64,000 nucleotides of DNA from an uncultured delta proteobacterium. Lineage in GTDB: Bacteria > Desulfobacterota > Binatia > UBA9968. Positions 63,805-64,000 of the stretch are shown here, in pieces. Each line of letters opens with the position of its first letter. Position 1 is the first letter of the stretch. The notes under the pieces were generated by a model. The model saw only the letters and a list, made by a program, of their open reading frames with translations. It made no database searches and was not told the DNA's origin. The stretch is from assembly GCA_963727625.1 (NCBI GenBank), contig CAVSHR010000002.1:224001-288000 (forward strand), read 5' to 3'. The position numbers were made by a program, and so were the translations under genes.

Positions 63805-64000
63805 CCGCAACCGCCAGTTACGTTGGAGTACTGGCCCTCGAGAGGGCCAAGGGTGAGCTTAATTTTTAAGTTGCATTTTTCGGCTACTGTTCGTACCATT
63901 TACACTATAAATTAGGTAAATGCGTTTTTTAGAGCCTCCATCAATCCATCGACCCAATGCAAAAGCGTGCAATATGGCCCAGGTAGCCTACGCTACGGCC

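Noticed and set aside
63534-63850. Terminal structured region as RNase P RNA, tmRNA, 6S, SRP RNA or tRNA-Sec
   Set aside because: Lacks the RNase P GAGGAAAGUCC core, tRNA-like ends and the SRP loop, and is too long and branched for a 6S rod.

Overview
Bacterial window (moderately GC-rich; the gene content suggests a Deltaproteobacteria-like or Binatia-like organism, which is an inference) with two very different halves. Positions ~1-29.7 kb are accessory DNA full of frameshifts and IS relics (IS200/IS605, IS1380, IS1182-like, IS3, IS256). This part carries a large partner-switching and transport locus with no sigma factor gene, running to 33.3 kb: two tandem-domain ABC substrate-binding proteins, two ABC permease/ATPase sets, an NCS2 nucleobase permease fused to a degenerate RsbW-like domain, two sensor-HAMP-SpoIIE-RsbW proteins, two free STAS proteins and three STAS proteins fused to an acetolactate-decarboxylase-like HxH domain. 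Positions ~33.5-64 kb are mostly intact: NuoEF/Fe-S/formate dehydrogenase/MobA-MoaD/AOR operon, queF, Kef-type antiporter, dnaB, thiE, ntrBC, rimP-nusA-ylxR-infB-DUF503-rbfA-truB and pckG. The strongest hidden signal is a MerB-like gene (47651-46947, minus strand) that the ORF track fragments. It has two in-frame UGA codons at the two catalytic Cys positions, each followed by a SECIS-like hairpin, so it probably encodes a protein with two selenocysteines. An orphan structured non-coding element resembling an IS110 end sits inside a REP-like repeat near the window end. All family assignments come from motif recognition by eye, not from database searches.
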